Source of the DNA: a virus
Taxonomy: Duplodnaviria > Caudoviricetes
Direction: 5' to 3' (one strand)
Length of the DNA stretch: 52,267 nucleotides
Virus record (IMG/VR): IMGVR_UViG_3300032053_000108
Location: 1-52,267 of that record
Below, one piece after another: positions 9,824 through 19,288 of the stretch. The notes under the pieces are model-generated. The model worked only from the letters and a program-made list of their open reading frames with translations. It ran no database searches and was not told the origin of the DNA. The stretch's first letter is position 1, and each line of letters starts with the position of its first letter. Made by a program: the position numbers and the translations under genes.

Positions 9824-11101
9824 TTCTTTGATGATTCTTGCAGCTAAGTCCGAACCAGATGTAACTGCGCCTTCCATGTATCCAATGAACTTATAGCATG
9901 TATGCTCGCCTGCGAAATGCAGATTTCCAATGCCCTGTCTCAAAATTGGACCGAGCTTTGTGATCTCCCCAGGTGCCGGGAAAGAATATCCACACTTCGT
10001 CCAGCGATCAGTTATCCAATTGACCAGTTCACTGCGAACAATAGACTGGTTGATATTTGGATAAAACTCCTCCAACTCATCAAGCAATTCCTTTTCGGCA
10101 TTTACTGATTTTGCAGAATCGCCGCCGCTGAATATCACAATGGCAGAATAATCAACTTGGATTTGACCTTCTGTGCCGTTCCATGTTTCGTTGATTTTCC
10201 TGTCGCCCTTGGCGTTTTGCGACACGTTCTTGTCGATCCAATATTTGCTTTCGACTGCCGAAAGATGCTTGATATTCATGCCCATCTGAGGAGCAAAACC
10301 ATCAGGCAATTCCGGTGTGAAACGAATAGTAGACCACAATGAAGGTGGAATTGCCAATACAACAATATCGGCCTCATGCTTTATGCCATGAGCGTCTACA
10401 ACAACCACATTCGGCTCAGTGATGATCTGCGTTACCGGGCAATTCAAAGTCAATCTAGTGCCTAGTTTTTGAGCAAACTTCAATGCGAACTGTTGGTTGC
10501 CACCCTTGGTGCGGTAGCTTTCGGTATCACTCCAGAATTTATCGAGGCCACCGCCTCGAATCAAAACTAGGTTGCCCAAAAGACTTTGCTTATCAGAGGT
10601 CACGCCGTTGTCACTCGATACCTGAATATCGAACAGATATTTGGCTATTGCCGAAGCATCTTGAGTGTAAATCCATTCTCGCATCGAAATCTGATCCAGA
10701 TATTCGGCTCGTGGAGACAACCAAGGTTGGTTAGCATCAATATCAACAGCCATTTCCGACAACGCATTTTGCATTTTGGATATTTCTGTTTTGATATTTC
10801 CGTATTCTACCTGCGACAATTTTTGTTGCTTCAGGATGATCGGTGTTTCAGCGTCATTATCTTCGGCTTCCAAAAATTCGAGGCCGAACTCAAGAGCGTA
10901 TCCGATCAAGCAATAGTGGTTTGAGCCGATAAGCTCCCCACCAAATTCGACGTTCATGCCAGAGATGAAATCGTCTTTGCTGTATACTCGGACACCAACT
11001 CGGTTGCGAGCTTCCAGAACTTGAACGGTATGACCAGCGGTCATTAGCTCGTATGCACAAGCAAGGCCGGAGAATCCTGCTCCGATTACAATTATTTTCA
11101 T
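9815..11101 (-). CDS. FAD-dependent flavin monoamine oxidase family protein
   Basis: GAGFSGL dinucleotide fold, LEARNRVG, FAGEHT...GYMEGAV.SG. Confidence 0.9.
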   Translation of the reverse strand: MKIIVIGAGFSGLACAYELMTAGHTVQVLEARNRVGVRVYSKDDFISGMNVEFGGELIGSNHYCLIGYALEFGLEFLEAEDNDAETPIILKQQKLSQVEYGNIKTEISKMQNALSEMAVDIDANQPWLSPRAEYLDQISMREWIYTQDASAIAKYLFDIQVSSDNGVTSDKQSLLGNLVLIRGGGLDKFWSDTESYRTKGGNQQFALKFAQKLGTRLTLNCPVTQIITEPNVVVVDAHGIKHEADIVVLAIPPSLWSTIRFTPELPDGFAPQMGMNIKHLSAVESKYWIDKNVSQNAKGDRKINETWNGTEGQIQVDYSAIVIFSGGDSAKSVNAEKELLDELEEFYPNINQSIVRSELVNWITDRWTKCGYSFPAPGEITKLGPILRQGIGNLHFAGEHTCYKFIGYMEGAVTSGSDLAARIIKELK

Positions 11102-11163
11102 GGAATCCTTCCATAGTAAAAGAAATACCCATACTGGTACTACCGTATTTATGCGCTACAACC

Positions 11164-11758
11164 AAACTAAAAGAAAAAACCTGGGATCAAATGGACGGAA
11201 GCGGTAAAAATACGTTCTATCTGGCTTGATCGAAACGAATTTCGTGTCTAGGATATTGACGCTCGGTGAAATAAGTGCATCCAAATAGCCGAGTGAAAAC
11301 CTTCAATAAGGCATACAGGTCATCGCTGCTGGGATAGAAATATTCCTTCAGATTTCGGACAGCCTTTGATGCTACAGCCCCAATACCCCGGATTGGTTCG
11401 AGGGCCTGATTTACTGGATAGGGTTTCTTCCTCAAAAGAGGTCTTAGGTGGCAATGGGCCGACGTGTAGCGGCTAGTCGGAGAGTAATCTCCGAGGATTG
11501 AATAAGAGCTAGGATTCAACACCCACCAACGGCGTGCCTCGTCGCTCAGATAAACGAGGTTGGGATAAATCACAAAGAAACCGATATAATCCGCTGAACC
11601 TATAATCGCTCCAACGGAAGTTGGGTGTAAATCAGAAAGAGCTTTAGAGCTAACTTATTGTTGGGATTACAGCCGAAATTTTCGGCTATTGTATAAGTGA
11701 CTAATTACAGTTGCTTGTACAATGAATAATCCCAATAATAAGAAGGCTCTTTTAGTTT
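11164..11758 (+). ncRNA. Candidate large (~595 nt) structured non-coding RNA, family unrecognised
   Basis: 11-bp closing helix 11164-11174/11748-11758, three GNRA-capped stems, 15-16 bp helices with G-U pairs that work only on the + strand; no credible ORF. Confidence 0.7.
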
Positions 11759-11821
11759 ATAAATAATTATAAGAAGCGTTTGTTGTACACCCAACAAAGA
11801 AACAAGAGACAACGAACAGTC

Positions 11822-11850
11822 TTGCAATCAAAGCGTTTGAGTCTTATACT
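11822..11850 (+). promoter_or_regulatory. Sigma70-type promoter for polA
   Basis: TTGCAA-N17-TATACT. Confidence 0.7.
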
Positions 11851-11862
11851 TAACCAAGAAGG

Positions 11863-11879
11863 GTGCCTTTCATTGGCAC
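11863..11879 (+). promoter_or_regulatory. Leader hairpin/operator, copy 1 (upstream of polA)
   Basis: GTGCC-TTTCATT-GGCAC, identical to 40025-40041. Confidence 0.65.
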
Positions 11880-11907
11880 ACTGCCAAGGATGTCATAAAC
11901 CGCATGA

Positions 11908-13227
11908 TTGAGACACATGGACCACTCGCAACTGGCAAAGGCTCTTACCGATACGGTGGGGCCAAATGTGTTTATCTGTTTCCAGCCGGAAGTGCTTGAC
12001 TTCACGGATCGGGCAGTCGTACCTGAATTGCAAATATTCAGTTCGAGTGGGCAAATCAAAGTTATGCTCACGGACGAAGTTTTGCCGATACTCTTGCCAA
12101 TGTTGCGGCTGAGTATTTTTGGAAAGAGCAACAAGATTGTCGCTTGGAATTGGAAGAACCTCGTAAGTTTCATTCTGGCCAAGACTGGCAAGACGTATCC
12201 CGTCGATGGGGCAATTATTGACTTGAAGATAATCGAAACTTATTGCGGGCGCAAGTTCAATGTTCCGAAGACACTGATCGAGGCAATGAACAGACTGAAA
12301 GACCTCATCACCACTGGTATGTGGAAAGAGGTTGAGACGGTTTATCGCAAGGTTCATATACCGCTCATCACTACGGTCATCCCTCATCTCGAAACTGTTG
12401 GCATCCTCAATACGCAAATCGGCAATAGGGTCTATGCGTATTACGAAATTAACGGCCAGGAAAATGGTCGTCTGAAATGTTCTGGCGAGTATCAGCAGGG
12501 CTATGTCCCGCACGCCATGAAGCCGGAGACACGGCAGGTTCTCAAGCCTCGCTCTGAGAGCGATCTGTTCATGGTTTTTGATTACAAGGGCATGGAAGTC
12601 TTCATGCTGGCCTGGATGAGCAAAGACCCGCTATTGCAGGAGTTTTGCCGGGAGCCGGATGTTTATGTTGCCCTTTACGAGAAAATCACCGGCAAGGAAT
12701 GCGAAGGAAAAAATGATCGTGAAATGGCGAAAAAATTCTTTCTGCCGGTTATATATGGACAGTCGGCTTATTCATTAAGTCAACGCTGCGGTGTCGCCCT
12801 GGATGTCGCAGAGATTATTGTAGAACGCATTGACGCTTTGTTTCCGGTTGCTTTGGCCTTCATCGAGGGTTATCAGAAGCAGCTTCAAGAACTCGGATAT
12901 GCCAAAGACATCTTTGGCAAACGCCGTTCAAGTTTCGAGGAAGGCAAAGAATATTCTGTCAGAAACTTCGCAGTTCAATCACCGGCATCCGTCGTGTGTT
13001 TGGAAAAGTTATCCCACCTATATTTCGCACTCAAAGATAAAACCGACCTCGCCTACACCGTCCATGACGGTTACGCTGTGTATGCAACGAAGGAGAACTG
13101 GAAAGCCATAGCAAAACTTGGCCGAGATGTTCTTACTGGCGAGTCAGATTTATGCCCCGGTTTACGGCTCAGAGTAACTTGCCGTGCTGGTCGCAACCTT
13201 GATGATCTGAAGTTACTCCGCACCTAG
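11908..13227 (+). CDS. polA: Compact family A DNA polymerase (apparently thumbless, degenerate 3'-5' exonuclease)
   Basis: Motif A FDYKGMEV, motif B REMAKKFFLPVIYG, motif C VHDG, ENGRL, RNFAVQSPAS; only 439 aa. Start may be ATG 11917. Confidence 0.88.
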   Translation: MRHMDHSQLAKALTDTVGPNVFICFQPEVLDFTDRAVVPELQIFSSSGQIKVMLTDEVLPILLPMLRLSIFGKSNKIVAWNWKNLVSFILAKTGKTYPVDGAIIDLKIIETYCGRKFNVPKTLIEAMNRLKDLITTGMWKEVETVYRKVHIPLITTVIPHLETVGILNTQIGNRVYAYYEINGQENGRLKCSGEYQQGYVPHAMKPETRQVLKPRSESDLFMVFDYKGMEVFMLAWMSKDPLLQEFCREPDVYVALYEKITGKECEGKNDREMAKKFFLPVIYGQSAYSLSQRCGVALDVAEIIVERIDALFPVALAFIEGYQKQLQELGYAKDIFGKRRSSFEEGKEYSVRNFAVQSPASVVCLEKLSHLYFALKDKTDLAYTVHDGYAVYATKENWKAIAKLGRDVLTGESDLCPGLRLRVTCRAGRNLDDLKLLRT

Positions 13228-13234
13228 AGGACCA

Positions 13235-13792
13235 ATGTTAGACATTTGCATAAATTACAGCATTAACGAAGAAGAGTACCTAGAGCTTGAACATCGTTTC
13301 GGTCGCCTCTGTTGGCACGCCGCACACGAACTCAAGAAGAAGAACTCTCGCAACAACTACACCGATGATCCCGAAGACATCAAGCAAGAACTCCAGATGT
13401 CTATGCTCAGAGCCGGTAGCTATTACAAGCGACAGATATACATTGAAAAATGTCTTGCCGTGGCAAAGAAACATGCCACCGACGAGCTTATGCAGCATAT
13501 CATACAAGAGCTAGAGAACTTGTGGGCTAACCGAACTCGACATGGCGCAAACCGCCAGAAGTTCGGGACGTTCCAAGAACAGCTTCTCCAGAAGATCGTT
13601 CGGCAAATTGTTCCGAAAGAGGAGAGGCCCAATAAGAAAGAGAACTTGAAGATTGACGCCAAGTTCGCTACTTATTGCAAAGCCATTGTCTGGAATGGGC
13701 AGAAAAGCATGGGTAAGAAGATAACTAGAGAGAAAGCAATCCGATCTGGCCAAGTAAGCCTTTCTGAATTCGATTACTTGGGTACGGTATAA
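13235..13792 (+). CDS. Sigma-factor-like protein (region 2 only; candidate late sigma)
   Basis: EDIKQELQMSMLRA and AKFATYCKAIVWN resemble sigma70 regions 2.2-2.4; ends soon after VSLSE, so no region 4. Confidence 0.55.
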   Translation: MLDICINYSINEEEYLELEHRFGRLCWHAAHELKKKNSRNNYTDDPEDIKQELQMSMLRAGSYYKRQIYIEKCLAVAKKHATDELMQHIIQELENLWANRTRHGANRQKFGTFQEQLLQKIVRQIVPKEERPNKKENLKIDAKFATYCKAIVWNGQKSMGKKITREKAIRSGQVSLSEFDYLGTV

Positions 13793-13807
13793 TCGGTTTA
13801 TAATACG

Positions 13808-13927
13808 GAAATGGGAACGGTGTAGTCTGTCGCCGAGGGCATACAACTTGATTGTGTTTTACATAAATATGTTTTGTTTTTTTATATAAAAAATGCCTTA
13901 GTAATGCGACACTCCGTTCCTTATTTC
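13808..13927 (+). other. Structured intergenic element (long interrupted stem with inner hairpins)
   Basis: GGAACGG/CCGTTCC, TGTCGC/GCGACA and AGGGCAT/ATGCCTT nested pairings. Confidence 0.5.
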
Positions 13928-13949
13928 TTTTCTCCTGAAGGTTGTCCCG

Positions 13950-14540
13950 ATGGAACCCAAATCAAGACCCAAAATAACCACTGGATATGGCGATGATGGA
14001 TGGACTTACGCCGGAATCCATAAGCAATGTGCAAAAGATGATTTTGTCATTGACACCCTGGGCGACCTTGATGAACTTAATTGTTGGTTGGGTCGCACTA
14101 GAGAGTTGTATCCACAATTCGATGAAGACCTGAAGACGATCCAAGGCAACATTTTTGAGCTTGGTGTATTCGTCGTACAATATCGCCCGCCCTTCACTCT
14201 TGAGGATGTTCGCTGGTTGGAGAGCAAGTCTGTAGAACTCGAAAAAGACCTGCCCGACCTCAAGAACTTTATTCTTCCTCACTACCCTTCTGAAGTTCAC
14301 ATTGCACGAGCGGTATGCCGTCGTGTAGAACGTAAGCTATGTTCTTTCATGCGACAAGCAAACCGCATGATGTCAGAACTTCCAATCAATGAATCGGTTG
14401 ATTCTGAGGGATTCAAATTTATCGTTCCCTACATCAATCGCCTCAGCGATTATCTCTTCATCATGGCCCGCTATTTGTGCTATTCTGCTGGGAAAACAGA
14501 AACCATATGGCAAGGCACAAAACTGGAGGCAAGTAAGTGA
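13950..14540 (+). CDS. pduO: PduO-type ATP:cob(I)alamin adenosyltransferase
   Basis: TTGYGDDG, GDLDELN, FILP, HIARAVCRRVER, YINRLSDYLF. Confidence 0.92.
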   Translation: MEPKSRPKITTGYGDDGWTYAGIHKQCAKDDFVIDTLGDLDELNCWLGRTRELYPQFDEDLKTIQGNIFELGVFVVQYRPPFTLEDVRWLESKSVELEKDLPDLKNFILPHYPSEVHIARAVCRRVERKLCSFMRQANRMMSELPINESVDSEGFKFIVPYINRLSDYLFIMARYLCYSAGKTETIWQGTKLEASK

Positions 14541-15046
14541 AGAAAAAGAGTGTCGAAGTAGAAATCAAAAGTTACGTCATCGTTCACGCTCGTAATCCTG
14601 ATGGAAAAATATTGCTGGTTCTGAAAGATAGACCAGAGTGGCAAAAGGGAAGATTGAATTTGGTTGGCGGCAAAATTGAGCCTGGAGAAACACCCACTCA
14701 TGCCGCCATGCGTGAATTGAAGGAAGAGTCGGGACTCATTGGCGGTCCAGTGATTCCTAAGTTGTGCGGGGCAATCAAGGGCGTTGATTGCTTAATTTAT
14801 TGCTTCGCTGTGGATGTATATGACAAAGTAATCAATCCACGAGAAGGCGAAACAGAAAAAGTCGATTGGTATCCTCTGGAAGTGCTTGACGATCCAAGAC
14901 TTATGCCTAATTTAAGGCTAGTCATTCCGATGTTGCAAATGGGCATCATGGATTGGGTTATCTCTGACCACAAGTCGTCTTTGGGTGTGCCTACTCACGA
15001 GGTTATGGTATCCTTGCGTATAAATAAGCCTTTCGTGAATGGGTGA
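14537..15046 (+). CDS. NUDIX hydrolase
   Basis: Nudix box GGKIEPGETPTHAAMRELKEESG. Confidence 0.92.
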   Translation: MKKKSVEVEIKSYVIVHARNPDGKILLVLKDRPEWQKGRLNLVGGKIEPGETPTHAAMRELKEESGLIGGPVIPKLCGAIKGVDCLIYCFAVDVYDKVINPREGETEKVDWYPLEVLDDPRLMPNLRLVIPMLQMGIMDWVISDHKSSLGVPTHEVMVSLRINKPFVNG

Positions 15047-16602
15047 AAATAAAAATGCGAGAATTGACGCCAGACGAGGAAGCAAAGCTCTCAGCGATTA
15101 CCGATCCACAAGCCAATGCGAAGGTAAAGTTTGCCTGGGACGACACGTTCCAGCGAAAACTGATGGGCATGTTATTGACCGATCAATACATGCTCATTCA
15201 GGCAATTGACAAGTTGGAAGCTGGCTATTTCAGCAATGAAGCTCATGTGCTGATCTGCGATATTCTGTTGAAGCACTTTGCCATTCGCAAAGCAATTCCA
15301 GAAAAGTGGATCATTGAAAATGAGCTTCGAGAAAAACTCAAAGATCGTGATGCCAGTATTCAACTGCATTACTTGGCAGAACTACATTCTGTATACGACT
15401 ACTATGTTCCCGGTTTGGAAACACGGGAATATTTAATTGATAAAATAACCTTTTTTGCAAAAGTGCAAGCTGTAAAAAAAGCGTTTGGAAAATCTCTCGA
15501 ACTGATGGCAGAAGCCCCGGAAGATGAGAAAACCTGGGCCACCGTTTATGAGGAAATGCGAAAAGCAATGCTCATCGACCGGAGCTATGAACCCGGCGTT
15601 GAATATTTCATGAACCTGGATGAAATGTTCTTGCGAATGGATCAGGTCTTTGAAGGCAAGGACCGATTCACTTCTGGCTTTGCTCCCATTGATGACGCCC
15701 TAACTGGTGGTGGTCTATTCAACGGACAGATCGCTTCCTGGATTGGTTTGCCCGGCACAGGCAAATCTCTGGCGCTCGTCCGGTCAGCCGTACAGAACGT
15801 CCTATTGGGCCACAAGGTTCTCTATCTCACGATGGAAATGGACGAGCTTGGAATCATGCAGCGATTCACATCGCAGTTTGCCAAATTGGACATCAATAAC
15901 CTGCGAGGTGTTAAGGAAGAAGTGTATCGCACCGTGGAAGAGTTCAAGAAGGGATATGATGATCCCAACTTACTACACGTCAAGCAGTTCCCTGGCGGCG
16001 AAATGGACGTGAATGGCATTCGTGCCTATATCGCCCAACTTGAATTGCGGAAGTTCAAACCCAACTTGGTCATTATTGACTATGTTGGCGAAATGAAAGA
16101 CGATCCAAACGTCAAAAAGTACGAGTCTGCATATCGTATTCTCCGTGACCTTCGTGGCTTCGGCGTGAGTCGTGGACACTGCACAATGACTTGTGTGCAG
16201 CCTAATGCGACAGCCGCCAAACTGGAACTCGGTCAGTATATTGACGAGTCGAATATCGGTACGTCGTTCGACCAGTTCAAGCCGCTGGACGCCTTCTGGA
16301 GTATCAATCAGCAGGTATTGGAGAAGGATGCGGAAGTTGGTCGAGTCTTTGTCATCAAGCACCGCAACGGTCGCTCACGCTTCCCGTTCAAGATTGGATT
16401 TGACTATAAGCTGGGAACGCTAGATATGTTCGCTATCTCGAAGGAGAAATATCGAGAGCAAATGAATCTTGTCCAGGAAAAGAAGGCCGAGGAGGTCACG
16501 ATGGACAATATTAACACCGGCACTCCTCAGCCTGGGAAGAAACTAAGGAGCAAGCGGGGCTTTAAGGGTGACGATCCGGTTGAAGATACCTATGAGGCTT
16601 AA
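15043..16602 (+). CDS. Replicative DnaB/gp41-like helicase
   Basis: GLPGTGKS Walker A, YLTMEM, VIIDY, KHRNG. Confidence 0.9.
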   Translation: MKIKMRELTPDEEAKLSAITDPQANAKVKFAWDDTFQRKLMGMLLTDQYMLIQAIDKLEAGYFSNEAHVLICDILLKHFAIRKAIPEKWIIENELREKLKDRDASIQLHYLAELHSVYDYYVPGLETREYLIDKITFFAKVQAVKKAFGKSLELMAEAPEDEKTWATVYEEMRKAMLIDRSYEPGVEYFMNLDEMFLRMDQVFEGKDRFTSGFAPIDDALTGGGLFNGQIASWIGLPGTGKSLALVRSAVQNVLLGHKVLYLTMEMDELGIMQRFTSQFAKLDINNLRGVKEEVYRTVEEFKKGYDDPNLLHVKQFPGGEMDVNGIRAYIAQLELRKFKPNLVIIDYVGEMKDDPNVKKYESAYRILRDLRGFGVSRGHCTMTCVQPNATAAKLELGQYIDESNIGTSFDQFKPLDAFWSINQQVLEKDAEVGRVFVIKHRNGRSRFPFKIGFDYKLGTLDMFAISKEKYREQMNLVQEKKAEEVTMDNINTGTPQPGKKLRSKRGFKGDDPVEDTYEA

Positions 16603-16688
16603 CTCCAACCGAACTCCAATTTCATGGCGTGGAAACACAGCGTAAATTATGGATTCTGAAACGCAATTTACTTTTTCATGAGGTTCAA

Positions 16689-17231
16689 ATGAATAACGAA
16701 GATTTTTTTGCTGCATGGGATGTTCGGATCAACAACTCTATCGAACTTACTGAAGATGAATGTCGATTAGCCGACATTAGAGGCAAGAAGAAATATGATG
16801 AGGCTGTTAAGGCGGGCAAGAAGGACAAATATGGTTTCAATGGAAATCCTTTAGCCATTCATTGTCAAGGAGAGCGAGGCGAATTGGCTGCGTCCAAGTT
16901 TCTTGGCATCGAGTATGAATTTAGGTGCAATGAATACAAAAATGGTTTGGCCGATTTGGGGGATGACATTGAAGTAAGGACCAAGACATACGACGGAAAA
17001 ATGATAGTAAGACACGATGACCATGATAATCGAAAATATGTTCATGTGGTTCCTGTGGGAATTTCAGATGCTACTGGTTGTCATCGCAAGTTTCACATCA
17101 AAGGTTGGGCATTTGGTCGTGACTGTATGAAGAGGGAATATTTGGGTAGTCCCGATCCAAAAAGACCGCCATGTTATAACATTCCTGATGAGTTGCTTAG
17201 GCCAATTGGAGAACTCGTCCAGCATGGCTAA
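16689..17231 (+). CDS. Putative PD-(D/E)XK-fold nuclease-like protein
   Basis: GERGELAASKFL...DLGDDIEVRT; start at ATG after GAGG. Confidence 0.55.
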   Translation: MNNEDFFAAWDVRINNSIELTEDECRLADIRGKKKYDEAVKAGKKDKYGFNGNPLAIHCQGERGELAASKFLGIEYEFRCNEYKNGLADLGDDIEVRTKTYDGKMIVRHDDHDNRKYVHVVPVGISDATGCHRKFHIKGWAFGRDCMKREYLGSPDPKRPPCYNIPDELLRPIGELVQHG

Positions 17232-17238
17232 ATAGGAT

Positions 17239-17832
17239 ATGTTAAAGAAAGTCGCTCTAGTAGCGGGGATCGTCATTATGGCGGTCCTGATAATCGTTCA
17301 TCTTCCGCACACGGTTATTCAGGAATCCTCTGCTACACAATTTGTTTTGAACGTCCCGTTTAAGGAAGTTCAAAAGTCTATCCGAAAGGGGAATTTTGAA
17401 CAGGAAACCTTGAAGATCAACAATGCGGAATTGCTACAAAAGCAATGGATAGACAGGAATTTCAATATTCAACGGCCCCTAAAGGCTGACCGATATTGGG
17501 AGTTTTCCGGCAGGCTGCTCGCCAAGGTGCGGGTAGATAATCCTCAAGCTGGAAAGATGGATGTGGAATTGGTGGAGGATATTTTTTTCGCCACCAATAG
17601 AATTGAAGTGAAGACGCAGCTTGCCAAGCCATTGGCGATAGGCGTCTCTGATATACGTCAGGAAATAGTGATATATCCTTACGGGCAGACAACCAGGGTG
17701 GAGTTGAGCAGCAACATAACGCTCAAGCGATTCGTGCCTTGGTTCATGACAGACTACGCTCGCAAGCAGGTGAAATCTGCAACCGAACAGTCTGTCTCGA
17801 AAATGGAATCTATTTTGAGGAACTTAAAATGA
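17239..17832 (+). CDS. Hypothetical membrane-anchored protein
   Basis: N-terminal hydrophobic helix, 197 aa. Confidence 0.7.
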   Translation: MLKKVALVAGIVIMAVLIIVHLPHTVIQESSATQFVLNVPFKEVQKSIRKGNFEQETLKINNAELLQKQWIDRNFNIQRPLKADRYWEFSGRLLAKVRVDNPQAGKMDVELVEDIFFATNRIEVKTQLAKPLAIGVSDIRQEIVIYPYGQTTRVELSSNITLKRFVPWFMTDYARKQVKSATEQSVSKMESILRNLK

Positions 17833-18029
17833 AATATCGTATTTGCGAAATGATGCTCAATGAGTATGTTAATCACCCAACTGAAGTTAAGATTGACGAA
17901 ATTGAGGCATCAAGTCAGGAAGAAGCGCAGAAGCTCGCTAATTTACGTTGGCCGAATCGAGGACCGCTGAAGGTTGCTCCAGCGGACAGCTACACAGAAA
18001 ATAACTGTGTTGATTACATTCGAGAGTAA
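17829..18029 (+). CDS. Small hypothetical protein
   Basis: ATGA overlap with the upstream stop; IEASSQEEAQKLA motif common in small phage proteins. Confidence 0.55.
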   Translation: MKYRICEMMLNEYVNHPTEVKIDEIEASSQEEAQKLANLRWPNRGPLKVAPADSYTENNCVDYIRE

Positions 18030-18058
18030 TGGTAAAGTATTCCTAAAGGCGAAACACT

Positions 18059-18553
18059 ATGGCACAAGAAGCACCCATTGAAATTGTTAAAGTAACTGTT
18101 CAGGGGCGAGAGATTGTTCTCGACCCTAAGAACATGAAGTACAACGAGAACTCCTTGGGCGATTACATGAACAAGGAATACGGGTGGGTTGACTATCTTG
18201 GCAAGCAACTTGAGTACGCTCAAAAAGAAGTTTTGCTCGCTGACATAGAAGCCGACCGATTGCTTGGTTTGCGATACATGGAAGCCAAAGATAATGGACA
18301 ATCAGAAGGTTATTCAAAAGCCTTTTCTACCTCTAGTGATGATGTGGTTGCGGCAAGGAAGCATTTAGCCGAACGAAAAGAAGTTGTCGGCCATCTCAAG
18401 GCTCACTTACGAGCTTTTGACAAGAACCACGAGAACGCTCAGAACCGAGGCCACACGCTTCGTAAAGAGTTGGATAAGCTCAACAGAGACATTTATGTGT
18501 CACCTGATGATGCGACTTGCACATTCGAGGAAGCACTGAACAAGGAGGAGTAA
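18059..18553 (+). CDS. Coiled-coil protein, possible UvsY-like recombination mediator
   Basis: 164 aa, helical heptad pattern, replication context; function inferred. Confidence 0.45.
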   Translation: MAQEAPIEIVKVTVQGREIVLDPKNMKYNENSLGDYMNKEYGWVDYLGKQLEYAQKEVLLADIEADRLLGLRYMEAKDNGQSEGYSKAFSTSSDDVVAARKHLAERKEVVGHLKAHLRAFDKNHENAQNRGHTLRKELDKLNRDIYVSPDDATCTFEEALNKEE

Positions 18554-18685
18554 TGTCAATAATTACCCTTTACCGTTCTTTGACTAATGATTATCGTGTC
18601 TACCACTATCTGCGTCCTGATTTGTATGTTGAAGGCGAAGATCAATACGCTGCAATAGGCGAACTGATTCGCAGGCATCCAATGG

Positions 18686-19288
18686 GTGAAGTCTCTCATG
18701 GTCGATCCTACCAAGATTACGAACTATCGTCTTTCTCAAGCCAAGACAGAAGAAGTGCTTTTGTTTTGGGTTTGCGCAGCAGGCAAGAATGGCGTGACCG
18801 CAGCGAAATGCTTAGACAGACTTCTCTCGACTTGGCGGGAGAGAGCATCCAAGGTCAATCCGAAGCCGTCGCCGTTTGACATCATTCGACACATCTCTCA
18901 AGTCGGCGATCTTGCCGACGAAATGAAGAATCATGGCATTGGCTGTTATAACGCCAAGGCCAAAACATTTCTTCATCTGGTCGGCAAGTCAATGGACTTA
19001 AAGAAATGCACTGTGGAAGACCTTGAGTCCGTTCCTGGCATTGGCCCAAAGACCGCCCGATGCTTCTTGATTCACAGTCGCCCAAATCAGCAATACGCTG
19101 GTCTTGATACTCACGTTCTGAAATATCTTCGAGACAAGGGACATGAGGTTCCTAAGTCTACTCCCACTGGTAAAAAATACCGTGATTTAGAAACGGTGTT
19201 TTTGAAGTATGTGGCTGAGTCCGGTATGACCGTCGCAGATTTTGATTTGATGATTTGGAATGACTACCGGAACAGGAAAGCGGCATGA
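18686..19288 (+). CDS. HhH-GPD DNA glycosylase (Ogg/EndoIII-like)
   Basis: LESVPGIGPKTA HhH motif, LDTHV catalytic Asp, FDLMIW. Confidence 0.85.
   Translation: MKSLMVDPTKITNYRLSQAKTEEVLLFWVCAAGKNGVTAAKCLDRLLSTWRERASKVNPKPSPFDIIRHISQVGDLADEMKNHGIGCYNAKAKTFLHLVGKSMDLKKCTVEDLESVPGIGPKTARCFLIHSRPNQQYAGLDTHVLKYLRDKGHEVPKSTPTGKKYRDLETVFLKYVAESGMTVADFDLMIWNDYRNRKAA

Noticed and set aside
11217-11573. 118-aa minus-strand ORF
   Set aside because: No RBS or protein-like motif; lies antisense to the structured element.
11164-11758. Group I intron, RNase P RNA or tmRNA identity for the large RNA
   Set aside because: GATATAATCC resembles the group I J8/7-P7 element, but the partner strand lacks the canonical bulged G-site and no gene is interrupted. 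RNase P (GAGGAAAGTCC) and tmRNA termini are absent.
13812-13850. Firm cobalamin riboswitch call
   Set aside because: Only a partial 5' resemblance; conserved 3' elements are missing, so kept as a weak hypothesis.
18553-18879. ORF overlapping the glycosylase by ~190 bp
   Set aside because: Has a good RBS and may be real, but the long out-of-frame overlap and lack of motifs leave it unsupported.
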